Of a DNA stretch of 32,000 nt, positions 1 to 10,148 are shown one piece after another (position 1 is the stretch's first letter; each line of letters begins with the position of its first letter). This DNA is from Ignicoccus hospitalis KIN4/I. GTDB lineage: Archaea > Thermoproteota > Thermoprotei_A > Sulfolobales > Ignicoccaceae. The notes under the pieces were generated by a model. The model was not told the DNA's origin. It saw only the letters and a list, made by a program, of their open reading frames with translations, and did no database searches. The position numbers and the translations under genes are program-made. Where the stretch lies: assembly GCF_000017945.1 (NCBI RefSeq), contig NC_009776.1, positions 720,001-752,000 on the forward strand. The letters run 5' to 3'.

Positions 1-1
1 C

Positions 2-121
2 ACCGTGGTGTCTCAAGTTACTAACGTGTACATACCGACGGTAGCGCTGCTCGGCGCCCTCATAGCGGCCAAGCTCGGGATTAGGAGGGAGGGGAGGGTT
101 TGGGAGTTTTTAAAACAGTAG
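2..121 (+). CDS. C-terminal end of a membrane protein (partial, left edge)
   Basis: Open frame from base 2 (TVVSQVTNVYIPTVALLGALIAAKLGIRREGRVWEFLKQ*), with a hydrophobic helix followed by a basic tail; stop TAG at 119-121. Confidence 0.5.
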   Translation, partial: TVVSQVTNVYIPTVALLGALIAAKLGIRREGRVWEFLKQ

Positions 122-340
122 GTTTCGCGTAGTCGAAACTTATGCATAGTGAGGCTACGTCACCACCTAAATCCCTCGCTTGGCCTTAACGTTCCTCTAT
201 AAGCCCGCCCGAGTTCCCACTTGGCCCTTCCTCCATACAGCTTATATAAAGATGAGCGTTGAGTAACGCTAAGGCGATCTTGATCTATGTATGAAGGCTT
301 ACGAGGTTATTTTAGGTGGTTTTTTCAGGGCTAGGGTCAG

Positions 341-574
341 CTAAGCCTTAACTTCTGCTTCGGCCTTCTCGACCCTAATGCTGTCAGTGGGACAGTTCTC
401 CACGCAAGCCATACATCCTATACAAGCCTCTTCCCTAACGACTTCGCTCACCAACCTGAAGTATTCGCCGTCCTTAACCATCTTTATTTCAAAAACGTCC
501 GTCGGACATATCTGGGCGCAGACGCTACACCCTATACAAGTCTCCTTTTTGACGCTCACCTTGAACGCGGTCAC
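341..574 (-). CDS. Ferredoxin-like 2x[4Fe-4S] protein
   Basis: 77 aa with two CxxCxxCxxxCP motifs (CIGCSVCAQICP, CIGCMACVENCP). Confidence 0.85.
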   Translation of the reverse strand: MTAFKVSVKKETCIGCSVCAQICPTDVFEIKMVKDGEYFRLVSEVVREEACIGCMACVENCPTDSIRVEKAEAEVKA

Positions 575-739
575 TCTTGAATACCCCTTCTCGACACATT
601 ACGGGGCTTATAGTTATTGGCGGTTAGGGGGATGAGGTGGCCGATTTGTGCGCTCGACTGATGACGAATGTGGGACCTCGCCGACCCGTGCCTTACTTTT
701 AATATATTGGCTTGGAGCGCGTGGCTAGGGAGAGCCGGG

Positions 740-1099
740 ATGAGCTTGGACGCCCAAGCGCAAAAGCTGTTAGCTCAATACCAGCAACAGCAAGAGGTCT
801 ACCAGAGCTTGGTCCAGCAGAGGGTACTGCTGGAGGCCGAGCTCAAAGAGCTTAAGAAGGTCTTAGAAGAGCTCGAGAAGCTCCCAGAGGACGCCGAGCT
901 TTATAAGAACGTGGGCCACGTCCTATACAAAACCAAGAAGGACGATTTGGTTAAGGAAATAAAGGACAAGATAGACCTCATAGAGGTGAAGCTGGCCGGC
1001 CTGAAGAAGCAAGAGGAGCTCGTCAAGAGCGAGTTAGAAAAGCTCCGCCAGCAGTTGCAGAAGGTGTTGAGCGGTGGAGGGCTGGCAGGAGGAGGTTGA
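740..1099 (+). CDS. pfdB: Prefoldin beta subunit
   Basis: Coiled-coil protein MSLDAQAQKLLAQYQQQQEVYQSLVQQR...VGHVLYKTKKDDLVKEIKDKIDLIEVKL. Internal ATG at 740 preferred over the track start at 668. Confidence 0.88.
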   Translation: MSLDAQAQKLLAQYQQQQEVYQSLVQQRVLLEAELKELKKVLEELEKLPEDAELYKNVGHVLYKTKKDDLVKEIKDKIDLIEVKLAGLKKQEELVKSELEKLRQQLQKVLSGGGLAGGG

Positions 1100-1364
1100 G
1101 AAAGTAGTAGAAGCCCTCCTCAAGGCTTCTGAGCGCGTCGAGGAAGAGGTCAAGAAGAGGTTGGGCGAGAGGGCCCAAGACCTCGACCTAGAGATAGTTG
1201 TCGAGGTGGACGAGGAAAAGAGGGTAGACGCCAGCTTGGAGGTCAAGGGCCTGAGGTCGAAGTACTCTTACGAGGAGGTGGTGGAGGAGGCCCTCGATGC
1301 GGGAATGCAAGAGCTTGAGAGGAGATTTACTAGCGAAGGGCAAAGAGATCTTAGAGAGGCTTAA
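1074..1364 (+). CDS. DUF3194-like small acidic protein
   Basis: 96 aa ORF overlapping the prefoldin beta 3' end; the sequence and its position after prefoldin beta fit the archaeal DUF3194 family. Confidence 0.65.
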   Translation: MEGWQEEVEKVVEALLKASERVEEEVKKRLGERAQDLDLEIVVEVDEEKRVDASLEVKGLRSKYSYEEVVEEALDAGMQELERRFTSEGQRDLREA

Positions 1365-2268
1365 ATCTGAGAAGGCGGCAGTCGTAGTCCATAGACACGC
1401 CGACCCGGACGCGGTCGCCTCTGCGGCTTTCTTCTGGCGCGCGGGCGCGGTGCCCTACGCCCCCGGGGGCCTCTCTTCCTTGGGCAGGAGGGTCGCCGAG
1501 TCAGTTGGCATGGAGTTCCGCGAAGGGCCTATAGAGGAGGAGTGGATGATAATAGTGGACACCGCTTCGAGCTCCCAGCTGCCTGGAGTCGACTTGACGA
1601 AGGAGTACTGTAGGGTAGACCACCACGCCCAGGGAGACTTGAAGCCGTGCTTGGTCGATCCGGAGGCCAGCTCAACTTCTGAGATAGTCAGCCTCCTCGC
1701 CCGGGAGCTGGGCGTGGAACTGGACGAGAGGATGGCGAGGGCACTGATGCTGGGCATATATGTAGATAGCAAGGGCTTTAAGCTCTCGAGGCCTCAGACG
1801 TTCAGCGCAATGGAATACTTGAGCGAGTTCGCGAAGCTCAGCGACGCGCTAAAGATGCTTCCGTCCGAAAAAGAGGAGGACTTGGGTACTAGGATAGCCA
1901 AGCTGAAAGCTTGTGAGAGGCTCACTTACAGGAAGGTGAAGGACTATATAATCGCGGTAACTAGGGTAGGAGCTAACGAAGGCGCGGTCTTGAGGACCTT
2001 GATCCAGTGCATAGGCGCAGACGCGGCCTTCGTCGTGCGCGAGGGAAAGGAGGAGCTCCGCGTGTACGCTCGAGCCTCCCCCAGGCTAACGAAGTTAGGC
2101 ATTAACTTGGCTGAGTTCTTGTCGGCGCTGGCGGAGGAGTTCGGAGGGAGAGGCGGAGGTCATCCCGGAGCGGCGGGGGCGGTCTTGCCCACCTCGGTCA
2201 GCTACGAAACGCTCGTAAACAAGATATTTGGTCGTTTGAGCAGGAGGATAGCGGAGGCCCTCCGATGA
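1297..2268 (+). CDS. DHH/DHHA1 family phosphoesterase
   Basis: VVHRHADPDAVASA, DTASSSQL, DHHAQG and GGGHPGAAGAV motifs. The true start may be downstream of 1297. Confidence 0.85.
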   Translation: MRECKSLRGDLLAKGKEILERLKSEKAAVVVHRHADPDAVASAAFFWRAGAVPYAPGGLSSLGRRVAESVGMEFREGPIEEEWMIIVDTASSSQLPGVDLTKEYCRVDHHAQGDLKPCLVDPEASSTSEIVSLLARELGVELDERMARALMLGIYVDSKGFKLSRPQTFSAMEYLSEFAKLSDALKMLPSEKEEDLGTRIAKLKACERLTYRKVKDYIIAVTRVGANEGAVLRTLIQCIGADAAFVVREGKEELRVYARASPRLTKLGINLAEFLSALAEEFGGRGGGHPGAAGAVLPTSVSYETLVNKIFGRLSRRIAEALR

Positions 2269-2315
2269 TGTTAGAATCCGGGCCCGATCAATGACGACGT
2301 CGCTCTTCGCTGAGG
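2262..2315 (+). ncRNA. Possible C/D-box sRNA-like element
   Basis: CCGATGATGT - 12 nt - CCGA - TCA - ATGACGA - 12 nt - CTGA spacing fits archaeal C/D sRNA geometry, but the C, C' and D' boxes all deviate from consensus. Confidence 0.25.
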
Positions 2316-3529
2316 ACCCTTAAGGTTACATATAGGGAGGCCACGAAGTACTGTAACGCTAAGGGCAAGGAAGCGGGGTTCCACAACGCTATTAGCGGTG
2401 TTAGCAAGAGCACGACCTCGCTTCCTATACCCTTTCCTACGCTCCTCTTCCTCCCCTTGGGCGTTACCTTCCAGACCTCCTTGAGGCCCAACAACGCCTT
2501 TATTTGTGCCGTCAGAATGGCTATAGACATCGAGAGCCCAGCCGCGCTCGTCCGGGCGGCGTCGGCGAGGCTAACGCGGATCCGCCACCCCTTGGCGGCC
2601 TTGAAACTGTAGAACGCTTCCGTGGAAACGGCCAAGTAGTACAAGATCAAGGCTAGCGGCGAGAGTCCGGCGGGAGAGGTTATGAGGGCTAACAGCGGTA
2701 GCCACGTGGACGCGTGGTGGGTTAAGTAGAAGAACGTCTCCGGGTGCTTAGTCAGCGCCCTGACGTGCCTCTTAATGGCTTGAACGGCGCCGTACGCCCA
2801 CCTGGACTGCTGTCTCTTCAGCGAGGCGTAGTCCTTCGGGGCCTCCACTAAGACGAACGAAGGTACGACGTCTGCCTTGACGCCCGCTTCTAGCGCTTTC
2901 AAAGCTAAATCTACGTCCTCCGTTAGGACGCCCTCGCTCCAGCCGCCGAGCTTCTCTAAGAGCTCCTTTTCGATTAAGACCCCCGAGCCCGGGGGGATGA
3001 CCGGGAACCCCAGCTTCGACCTCCCGTATATGAGGGCCACGGAGGCCAACGTGGTCACGTTGGCGAGGGCCTCGCCCCACCGGGTCCCCGTTGAGTAGCC
3101 CTTCCAGAGGCTGGCGGCGTAGGGCGACTTGACGAGGGAGAAGCCCTCTTCGGGGAACGAGTCGGCGTCGAAGACCATTATGTATGCAGTTCTGGTGAGC
3201 CTTAAGGCCTCGTTAAGGGCCCGCGCCTTGCCCTTCTCGGCGCCCGTAACCACTTCGACCTCGGGCGGCAGCGCCTTCCTCACTTCCTCGTAGCTCTCCG
3301 GATCCGTGATCACGATCACTTGTTCGGGCCTCAGCCTTTCAATGATCTTCTCTACCGAGTTGCGCAGCATTTGGGGGTCCTCCTTGTACGCGGGCACGTG
3401 CACGGCCAGCGAGGGGAACTCGAACACCTTCTCCTTCGGAGGCGCTGAGGCGGCTCTGTAGTAGAGGGCCCCGAGGAGGTGGTAGGCGCTCGCGACGGTC
3501 AGCAACAGGTCGGCTATCAAGGGCTCCAT
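2288..3529 (-). CDS. Family 2 glycosyltransferase, membrane-associated
   Basis: VHVPAYKEDP, MVFDADSFP, EDVDLAL and QQSRWAYG motifs plus C-terminal hydrophobic helices. Confidence 0.85.
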   Translation of the reverse strand: MEPLIADLLLTVASAYHLLGALYYRAASAPPKEKVFEFPSLAVHVPAYKEDPQMLRNSVEKIIERLRPEQVIVITDPESYEEVRKALPPEVEVVTGAEKGKARALNEALRLTRTAYIMVFDADSFPEEGFSLVKSPYAASLWKGYSTGTRWGEALANVTTLASVALIYGRSKLGFPVIPPGSGVLIEKELLEKLGGWSEGVLTEDVDLALKALEAGVKADVVPSFVLVEAPKDYASLKRQQSRWAYGAVQAIKRHVRALTKHPETFFYLTHHASTWLPLLALITSPAGLSPLALILYYLAVSTEAFYSFKAAKGWRIRVSLADAARTSAAGLSMSIAILTAQIKALLGLKEVWKVTPKGRKRSVGKGIGSEVVLLLTPLIALWNPASLPLALQYFVASLYVTLRVLSEERRRH

Positions 3530-3586
3530 CCTTCCCAGAAGACCTTATTTTTGATTATACCCTTTCGGCGGCGGGGCTTGAGGGCC

Positions 3587-4216
3587 GTGAGGACGGTCTT
3601 ATTCCTAACGCTTTTACCCCTGGCGCTCGCCTCTCCGCTGACGACGCTTACGAACTTGACTAACGCCTTAAACGAGCTCGCCGCCCGCCCGTTGCCCCCT
3701 CTGAGCGTGGCCGCCATAAGTCACTCGAACGTGAGTTACGTTAAGGGAGCGCTGGAAGTTACGGAAGAGGGCTTGAAGGAGTGCTTGGACGCGTTCGCCA
3801 ACCTCTCGAAGAGGCTGGACTCAGAGCTTCGCTCGACTTTGGTTTCCCCCTTTGACGCCTTTGAAACTTTAGGTAAACTGACCACTTACTACGACTGCGC
3901 GACCGCTTGGACGAAGGAACTCGAGAAGGTAATAGCTTCCATGCCGGTGAAGTGTAACTGTACGGGTAACGAAACGCGCTTGGTGGAGGAGCTCGCGAAC
4001 GCCAAGAGCGTCTCGGAAGTCTTACGCGTCCTTAAGTCTTTCAACGACACGGACGTAGAGCGCGCGATGAGCTGTTACGCGTGCGAGGCCCTAGCTAAAG
4101 CTAGGCTCGAGTTAATTGATCAGTTAAAGAAGCTTAAGGGCGAGTTAGTGCAAATGAACGAAACCCTCGCGATGTTTCGAAACCTCTTGGTTGAGTACAT
4201 CGAAAGTTTAAAGTAA
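3587..4216 (+). CDS. Exported protein of unknown function
   Basis: GTG start at 3587 gives an apparent signal peptide (VRAVRTVLFLTLLPLALAS), followed by an N-x-T/S-containing helical region with CNC and CYAC motifs. Confidence 0.65.
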   Translation: MRTVLFLTLLPLALASPLTTLTNLTNALNELAARPLPPLSVAAISHSNVSYVKGALEVTEEGLKECLDAFANLSKRLDSELRSTLVSPFDAFETLGKLTTYYDCATAWTKELEKVIASMPVKCNCTGNETRLVEELANAKSVSEVLRVLKSFNDTDVERAMSCYACEALAKARLELIDQLKKLKGELVQMNETLAMFRNLLVEYIESLK

Positions 4217-4238
4217 ACTCTCTAGTAATACGCGCGAG

Positions 4239-5129
4239 ATGTTGCTGGTGTACGGCCACCCCGCCACGCAGCTGCTGAGGCTCTGGGAGAAGTTCGACGT
4301 GAAAGCAATAATGTTAAATGCTTTCCAGCTGAGTAAGTCGAAGAAGTTAATGAACATGCTGGAGTCTGGAAAGACCTTAAGGGAGGTAATGGGCATACCG
4401 GACGAGGTAGAGATATGGCTCGACTCCGGAGGCTACCAAGCCCTCCGAAGGGGGATAGTCCTAGACCCGGACAACGTTGTCAAGTGGTACAATACAATCA
4501 AGCCCGATTACTGCGTCGCCCTCGACTCCCCCGTCGCCCCCAACGATAAAAACGCCCGCAAGAAGGTTGAGCGCAACGTGAGCGTGGCCAAGTACATGGC
4601 CGAACGGGTGGAGTGTTCGTTGCTGCCGGTCTACCACCCCGTGTCCCCCGAGCTGTTGGAGAGGTACGTGGAGGGCTACTCCGAGGTGGGCGAGAGGGTC
4701 GCAGTCGGGGGCCTAATTCCCAGAATACTCACGGTCAAGAACGCGTCCCGCAAGGAAGGGTGGGAGTTCTTAAAGCTCATGAGGTCTGTGGAGGGCCGGT
4801 GGCTCCACGCCCTGGGCTTGGGCTCAGCGCTCTTGATACCCAAACTCAGCGCCTTGGGCTACCAGAGCGCGGACACACAGACTTGGAGGCACAAGGCGGC
4901 TTACGGCAAGATAATGTTGCCCGGTAGGGGCGAGAGGCACATAACGGACAGGGAGGTCAACTTCGGGAGGAAGAAGATAGAGGACCACGAGCTCGTCGAA
5001 GCCCTTAGCATAGCCCGCGCGCTCGGCTTTACTTGGGAGGAGCTTAGAAACGACTTTAAGAAGAGGGCTATTTTCAACGCTTACGTCCTCCACTTGGTGA
5101 GCGCGAGTGCGGGCGGTGTTCAGCACTAA
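4239..5129 (+). CDS. tRNA-guanine transglycosylase-like (TGT/DpdA-type fold) protein
   Basis: 296 aa with EIWLDSGGYQALRRG, PDYCVALDSPVAP, VAVGGLI and HALGLGS motifs typical of TGT-like TIM barrels; no clear CxCxxC zinc site. Confidence 0.6.
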   Translation: MLLVYGHPATQLLRLWEKFDVKAIMLNAFQLSKSKKLMNMLESGKTLREVMGIPDEVEIWLDSGGYQALRRGIVLDPDNVVKWYNTIKPDYCVALDSPVAPNDKNARKKVERNVSVAKYMAERVECSLLPVYHPVSPELLERYVEGYSEVGERVAVGGLIPRILTVKNASRKEGWEFLKLMRSVEGRWLHALGLGSALLIPKLSALGYQSADTQTWRHKAAYGKIMLPGRGERHITDREVNFGRKKIEDHELVEALSIARALGFTWEELRNDFKKRAIFNAYVLHLVSASAGGVQH

Positions 5130-6099
5130 CCCCGGACTGGAGGACGTGGCGGCGGCGGAGCTGAAGTCTTGGGGGCTGGAGGTCCTCGGCACCTCCAAGG
5201 GCCGCGTCGAGGCCCGCTTTAGAAAGTTGGAAGAGCTCGTTTGGAGGTTGGAACGCTCTAAGAGCATACACAAAGCCTACGTACTCGTATTCGAGGGGAA
5301 GCTGGAGGAACTGGAACTTGACGGCATAGAATTGTTCGTCACCCCGTGGACGCCCTTCGCTGTAAGGGCGGAGAGGGTAGGCGAGGGCCCCAGCTCCCCG
5401 GAGCTGGCGGCCGAAGTGGGCGACCGCGTCATAAAGAGAGTAGAAAAAGTGTACGGGATGAGGCCCGAGGTCAACTTAGACTACCCCAGCGTGGTCGTCC
5501 GCGCTGAGTGGTACTTCGACCGGGTCAGGGTGGGCGTGGAGGTCTCGGGAGAGGAGAGCTTACACAGGAGGTATTACAGAGTGGAGGAACACATGGCCTC
5601 CCTCAAGCCCACCATAGCTTACGCTATGTTGTTCTTGGGGGGTGCTAGGGGCGCGGAGAGGCTGGTGGACCCCATGTGCGGTTCCGGAACAGTCGCGATC
5701 GAGGGCGCGCTGGACTTCGCGGTTCCGGAGATAATGTGCTTCGACGTGAAACCGAAATACGTTAAGAAGGCTATTATAAATTCTGAGGTGGCCAGGGTGA
5801 GGGAGCTCATAGCGTTCGGCGTCCATGACGCTAGAAAGCTTCACGAGGTCTTGGATTGGGCCGACTTGATAGTCACTAACCCTCCCTACGGCGTTAGGAT
5901 GGGGAGTCCGAAAAAGGTGCTCAAGCTGTATGAAGAATTCTTCCAATCGGTAGCGAGGGTACTTCACGGAAAGCTGGTCATGATTACGCCCCTAAGGGAG
6001 ACGCGGGAGTTGGCGGAGAGGAGCGGACTCGAAGTGGCGGAAGAAAGGGAAGTCTACCACGGCGACTTGTGGGTGAAGCTGTTCGTGTTCAAGGCTTGA
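5107..6099 (+). CDS. THUMP-domain RNA guanine-N2-methyltransferase (Trm14/TrmN-like)
   Basis: FSTNPGLEDVAAAEL N-terminus, VDPMCGSGTVAIEGA SAM-binding motif and TNPPYG catalytic motif. Confidence 0.85.
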   Translation: MRAVFSTNPGLEDVAAAELKSWGLEVLGTSKGRVEARFRKLEELVWRLERSKSIHKAYVLVFEGKLEELELDGIELFVTPWTPFAVRAERVGEGPSSPELAAEVGDRVIKRVEKVYGMRPEVNLDYPSVVVRAEWYFDRVRVGVEVSGEESLHRRYYRVEEHMASLKPTIAYAMLFLGGARGAERLVDPMCGSGTVAIEGALDFAVPEIMCFDVKPKYVKKAIINSEVARVRELIAFGVHDARKLHEVLDWADLIVTNPPYGVRMGSPKKVLKLYEEFFQSVARVLHGKLVMITPLRETRELAERSGLEVAEEREVYHGDLWVKLFVFKA

Positions 6100-6166
6100 G
6101 GGGTCCTCGCCCGCAGGGAAGCTCCTCACCCTTCGGCTAGGCGTTGGGTCGTCATACCCCTTGACC

Positions 6167-6808
6167 CTAGGTGAGCACCTCCCTTAACTTCCAGCACCTC
6201 CCGTCGAACTTGCAGAGGAGCAAGCTGTCCTCCCACACCTTCGTTTCCCTTGCGAGCTTTTCCAAGTTTTCCTTCTTCTTTAAGACGTTCGTCTCCAGTC
6301 GGCCGCTACAGCCGTTGTAGCTGAACGCGCCGCTTTCCAGCGCCTTTTGGGCGAGTTTCTTGCCTAACTTTCCGGGAGCGAGGACCTTCAAGTAGTAGAG
6401 GGCCCCCTTGGGGGAGTAGCCGGCCGTTAGCCACCTCCAGAGCCTATCGGCCACGGTCACGCCCTCGTAGTTAGGGGACCTAACTACGTAGACCCTCCTG
6501 AAGTTGGGTGCCAACTCGAATATCACGTCGTCGATGTACCTCATGCTTTCCCGCGCGAACCTGCCGTTCGTCTTTATGTAGACCGACACCTTAACTTTGC
6601 CCTTAGCTTTCGAGAACTGTATCATGCCGTTTGCGCCCTCGGGACCATCCAAGAACTCGCCGACGGAGATCGCGGCGCCCCCTAGGGCGCAAGTTTTAAC
6701 CTCCCGATAGTAGACCCGCTCGCCGAGGAGAGAGGGGAGCCGAGAGTCTACGATCCCCTTCTTGAGAACGAAGCGGGCGAGGTAATGCGCCCGCTCGGTC
6801 CGCCTCAT
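6167..6808 (-). CDS. Conserved-looking hypothetical protein
   Basis: 213 aa intact ORF with normal composition and no recognised motif. Confidence 0.55.
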   Translation of the reverse strand: MRRTERAHYLARFVLKKGIVDSRLPSLLGERVYYREVKTCALGGAAISVGEFLDGPEGANGMIQFSKAKGKVKVSVYIKTNGRFARESMRYIDDVIFELAPNFRRVYVVRSPNYEGVTVADRLWRWLTAGYSPKGALYYLKVLAPGKLGKKLAQKALESGAFSYNGCSGRLETNVLKKKENLEKLARETKVWEDSLLLCKFDGRCWKLREVLT

Positions 6809-6870
6809 CGCACCTCAACTCTCCGCGTAAGCCGGCGCTCCGCTTCCTTATTTCTTTTCCGTATCTTTTT

Positions 6871-7137
6871 TTAACCCCCTGCTGCGGGCGGAAAGAGCGC
6901 TACCTCAACCTCATCTCCTTTTAGGGAATCTAGGTACTTCCACTCCCTCCCGTTCACTAAGACCTTTAGTTCGAGACCGAACCGCTTGTACTGCTCGTCC
7001 TCTTCCTTCAGCTTCGGGTACCTCTTGAAGAGCTCCTCGAGCAGCTCCTCGGGAGAGGAACAGTCGCACTCGAACTCGTCCTCCTTCTTTCCTATTTCAT
7101 CTCGGAGGAACGCGAAAAACTGGACCTTCACCTTCAA
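6871..7137 (-). CDS. moaD: MoaD/ThiS family ubiquitin-like sulfur carrier
   Basis: MKVKVQFFAFLRDEIGKKE N-terminus and terminal PPAAGG. Confidence 0.85.
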   Translation of the reverse strand: MKVKVQFFAFLRDEIGKKEDEFECDCSSPEELLEELFKRYPKLKEEDEQYKRFGLELKVLVNGREWKYLDSLKGDEVEVALFPPAAGG

Positions 7138-7173
7138 GGGCCTCGACCCCCGAAGGGGCGGAAGCCAGAGTTA

Positions 7174-7929
7174 TTACGTTAACGCCTTAGTCAACAGCAC
7201 GAGGGCCTCGCGGGGGTCCAACGTCTTGGATATTGCACCTTCGAAGGAAGCGAAGGCTAGGGCAGCGGGCTCCACGTCCCCCTCTCGAAGCTCCCCGAGC
7301 TTGAACACTTTGCCGTCCTTCTCCTCAACGCTCAAGTAGGCCTCAACCAAATCCCTCGTCCTCGGGGCCTCAATGTCCTTTAACGCTTCGTAGTTCATCT
7401 TAAGGGAGGCCTCGCGTCCGTAGGGGAGCTTCCTGCTAAGTGCCCTCACGGGCACAAAGAGTCCCTTAACCCTCCCTACGTGTACTAGGAAGGTATCGTA
7501 TGAATAAGTCATTCTCGCGAGGAGCTTGAAGGCCTTGTCACCAAAGTAATGGAAGACCCCCCACATGATCTTTACAGTCTCTATTTGGGGACGCGTTTCT
7601 GGACACTCTCGCATTAAGTTATACTTGTTCCTGAGGAGTTTCTTCAATTGGCCGTAATTGAGGTTGGAGTGGAAGTACGCGAGGGCGCTCGCCACTACGG
7701 TTGCACTCCTCCCACAGCCTCCCTTGTCGCACACGCACACTCTGGAACCTTCCTCTGCTAGGTCTATAGCTGCCGTTATTGCGCCTACTAGGTTGCCGAA
7801 ATGCTCTATCGGGAAGCTCTCTACTGGGAGACAAATCGTACTCTCCTTACAAAACTCTTTATCGAGAACTATCCTAACATCGCAACTCTCGTCCCTTAGA
7901 ATCCTGGCACAGCTCCCGTACCTCAACAA
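7174..7929 (-). CDS. Dual-specificity/protein tyrosine phosphatase-like protein
   Basis: SRVCVCDKGGCGRSATVVASALAYF resembles a P-loop phosphatase signature, but with one extra residue. Confidence 0.5.
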   Translation of the reverse strand: MLRYGSCARILRDESCDVRIVLDKEFCKESTICLPVESFPIEHFGNLVGAITAAIDLAEEGSRVCVCDKGGCGRSATVVASALAYFHSNLNYGQLKKLLRNKYNLMRECPETRPQIETVKIMWGVFHYFGDKAFKLLARMTYSYDTFLVHVGRVKGLFVPVRALSRKLPYGREASLKMNYEALKDIEAPRTRDLVEAYLSVEEKDGKVFKLGELREGDVEPAALAFASFEGAISKTLDPREALVLLTKALT

Positions 7930-8104
7930 GTTTCGCGTTCCCGAACTCGATTCTCTGCAATAAAGTTAATAAACCCGTCAGGGTAGCGGAAGAGCTCTTC
8001 ACCAAGAATCCGTCCGGGATTCGCTCTTCATCCGGGTCCCCACGAAGGGCGCGTTCCTCACCCCTCGGCTGGGTGGCTCCCGTTCATCCCCAGAAGCACT
8101 GCAC

Positions 8105-8289
8105 AGAAAACTTTATTACCCCTACCCCGCGCTAGGGGAACACGGAGGGCCGCCCCGGGACGGGGAGAACCGGGGACGGCCCGGGAGAAAGCTCAAAAAC
8201 CCCGGGCTCCCGGGGGAAGACCCGGGAGCTACGGGGCAAGCACGGGAGAAGTGGGGTCCGGGCAGAGGCCCGGACCGACAGGGGCCCAC
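8105..8289 (+). repeat. rRNA promoter/leader repeat, copy 1 (upstream of 16S)
   Basis: Perfectly identical to 11068-11252 (constant offset 2963). Contains AT-rich box GAAAACTTTATTA and GC-rich hairpins. Confidence 0.97.
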
Positions 8290-8334
8290 TCGGAGCCGGG
8301 CGACCCGCCCGCCAAAACCCGGGTCCCCGGCCTC
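8280..8334 (+). other. 16S processing stem, 5' arm
   Basis: 8280-8299 is the exact reverse complement of 9863-9882, and 8316-8334 is the exact reverse complement of 9826-9844. Confidence 0.95.
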
Positions 8335-8362
8335 CCGCCCCCGCCGGCCCTTGCGGCCGCGA

Positions 8363-9799
<1,437 letters not shown>

Positions 9800-9825
9800 C
9801 AACAGCAAGTGCGGTCCTCCGGGGC

Positions 9826-9882
9826 GAGGCCGGGGACCCGGGTTGGCGAGAGGCCGGTTCGTCCGGCTCCGAGTGGGCCCCT
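9826..9882 (+). other. 16S processing stem, 3' arm
   Basis: Reverse complementary to the 8280-8334 arm. Confidence 0.95.
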
Positions 9883-10148
9883 CTTCACGTTTCCTGATCC
9901 TTGGTTCATTCTGGTCTCCTACCTAATCGAGCTTCTACATGCGCTTCCTCGCCTTAGCTCCGCTCGCTTAGGATCCGCGCCTTTTGCGCCACACAAATTT
10001 CGTTGTAAGCTGTCTCGCCCTGCGAAGGCTTGTCTTCTTGAGAAGTGGCCTAAAGAGTACGGGAATCAATAACATCATTTACGCTGACTCTTACGCTATA
10101 CTAAAGACCTCAATAAAGACCTCAAACGAGCTATTGAAAGTCGACGCT

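Noticed and set aside
630-715. GATGAG ... CTGATGA ... CCGA pattern before prefoldin beta as a C/D sRNA
   Set aside because: The putative D' and C' boxes overlap (CTGATGA) and the outer boxes are poor matches.
4613-5273. Overlapping plus and minus ORFs (4613-4927, 4824-5273, 5074-5271) around the TGT-like/THUMP junction
   Set aside because: They are out of frame with two motif-supported genes and have low-quality composition.
7960-8060. Inverted segments (GAATCC/GGATTC) and GATGAA/GGTGAA/CTGA boxes upstream of 16S as a C/D or H/ACA RNA
   Set aside because: The C-like boxes deviate at several positions, D' is missing and spacing is wrong; short hairpins are expected by chance at this GC content.
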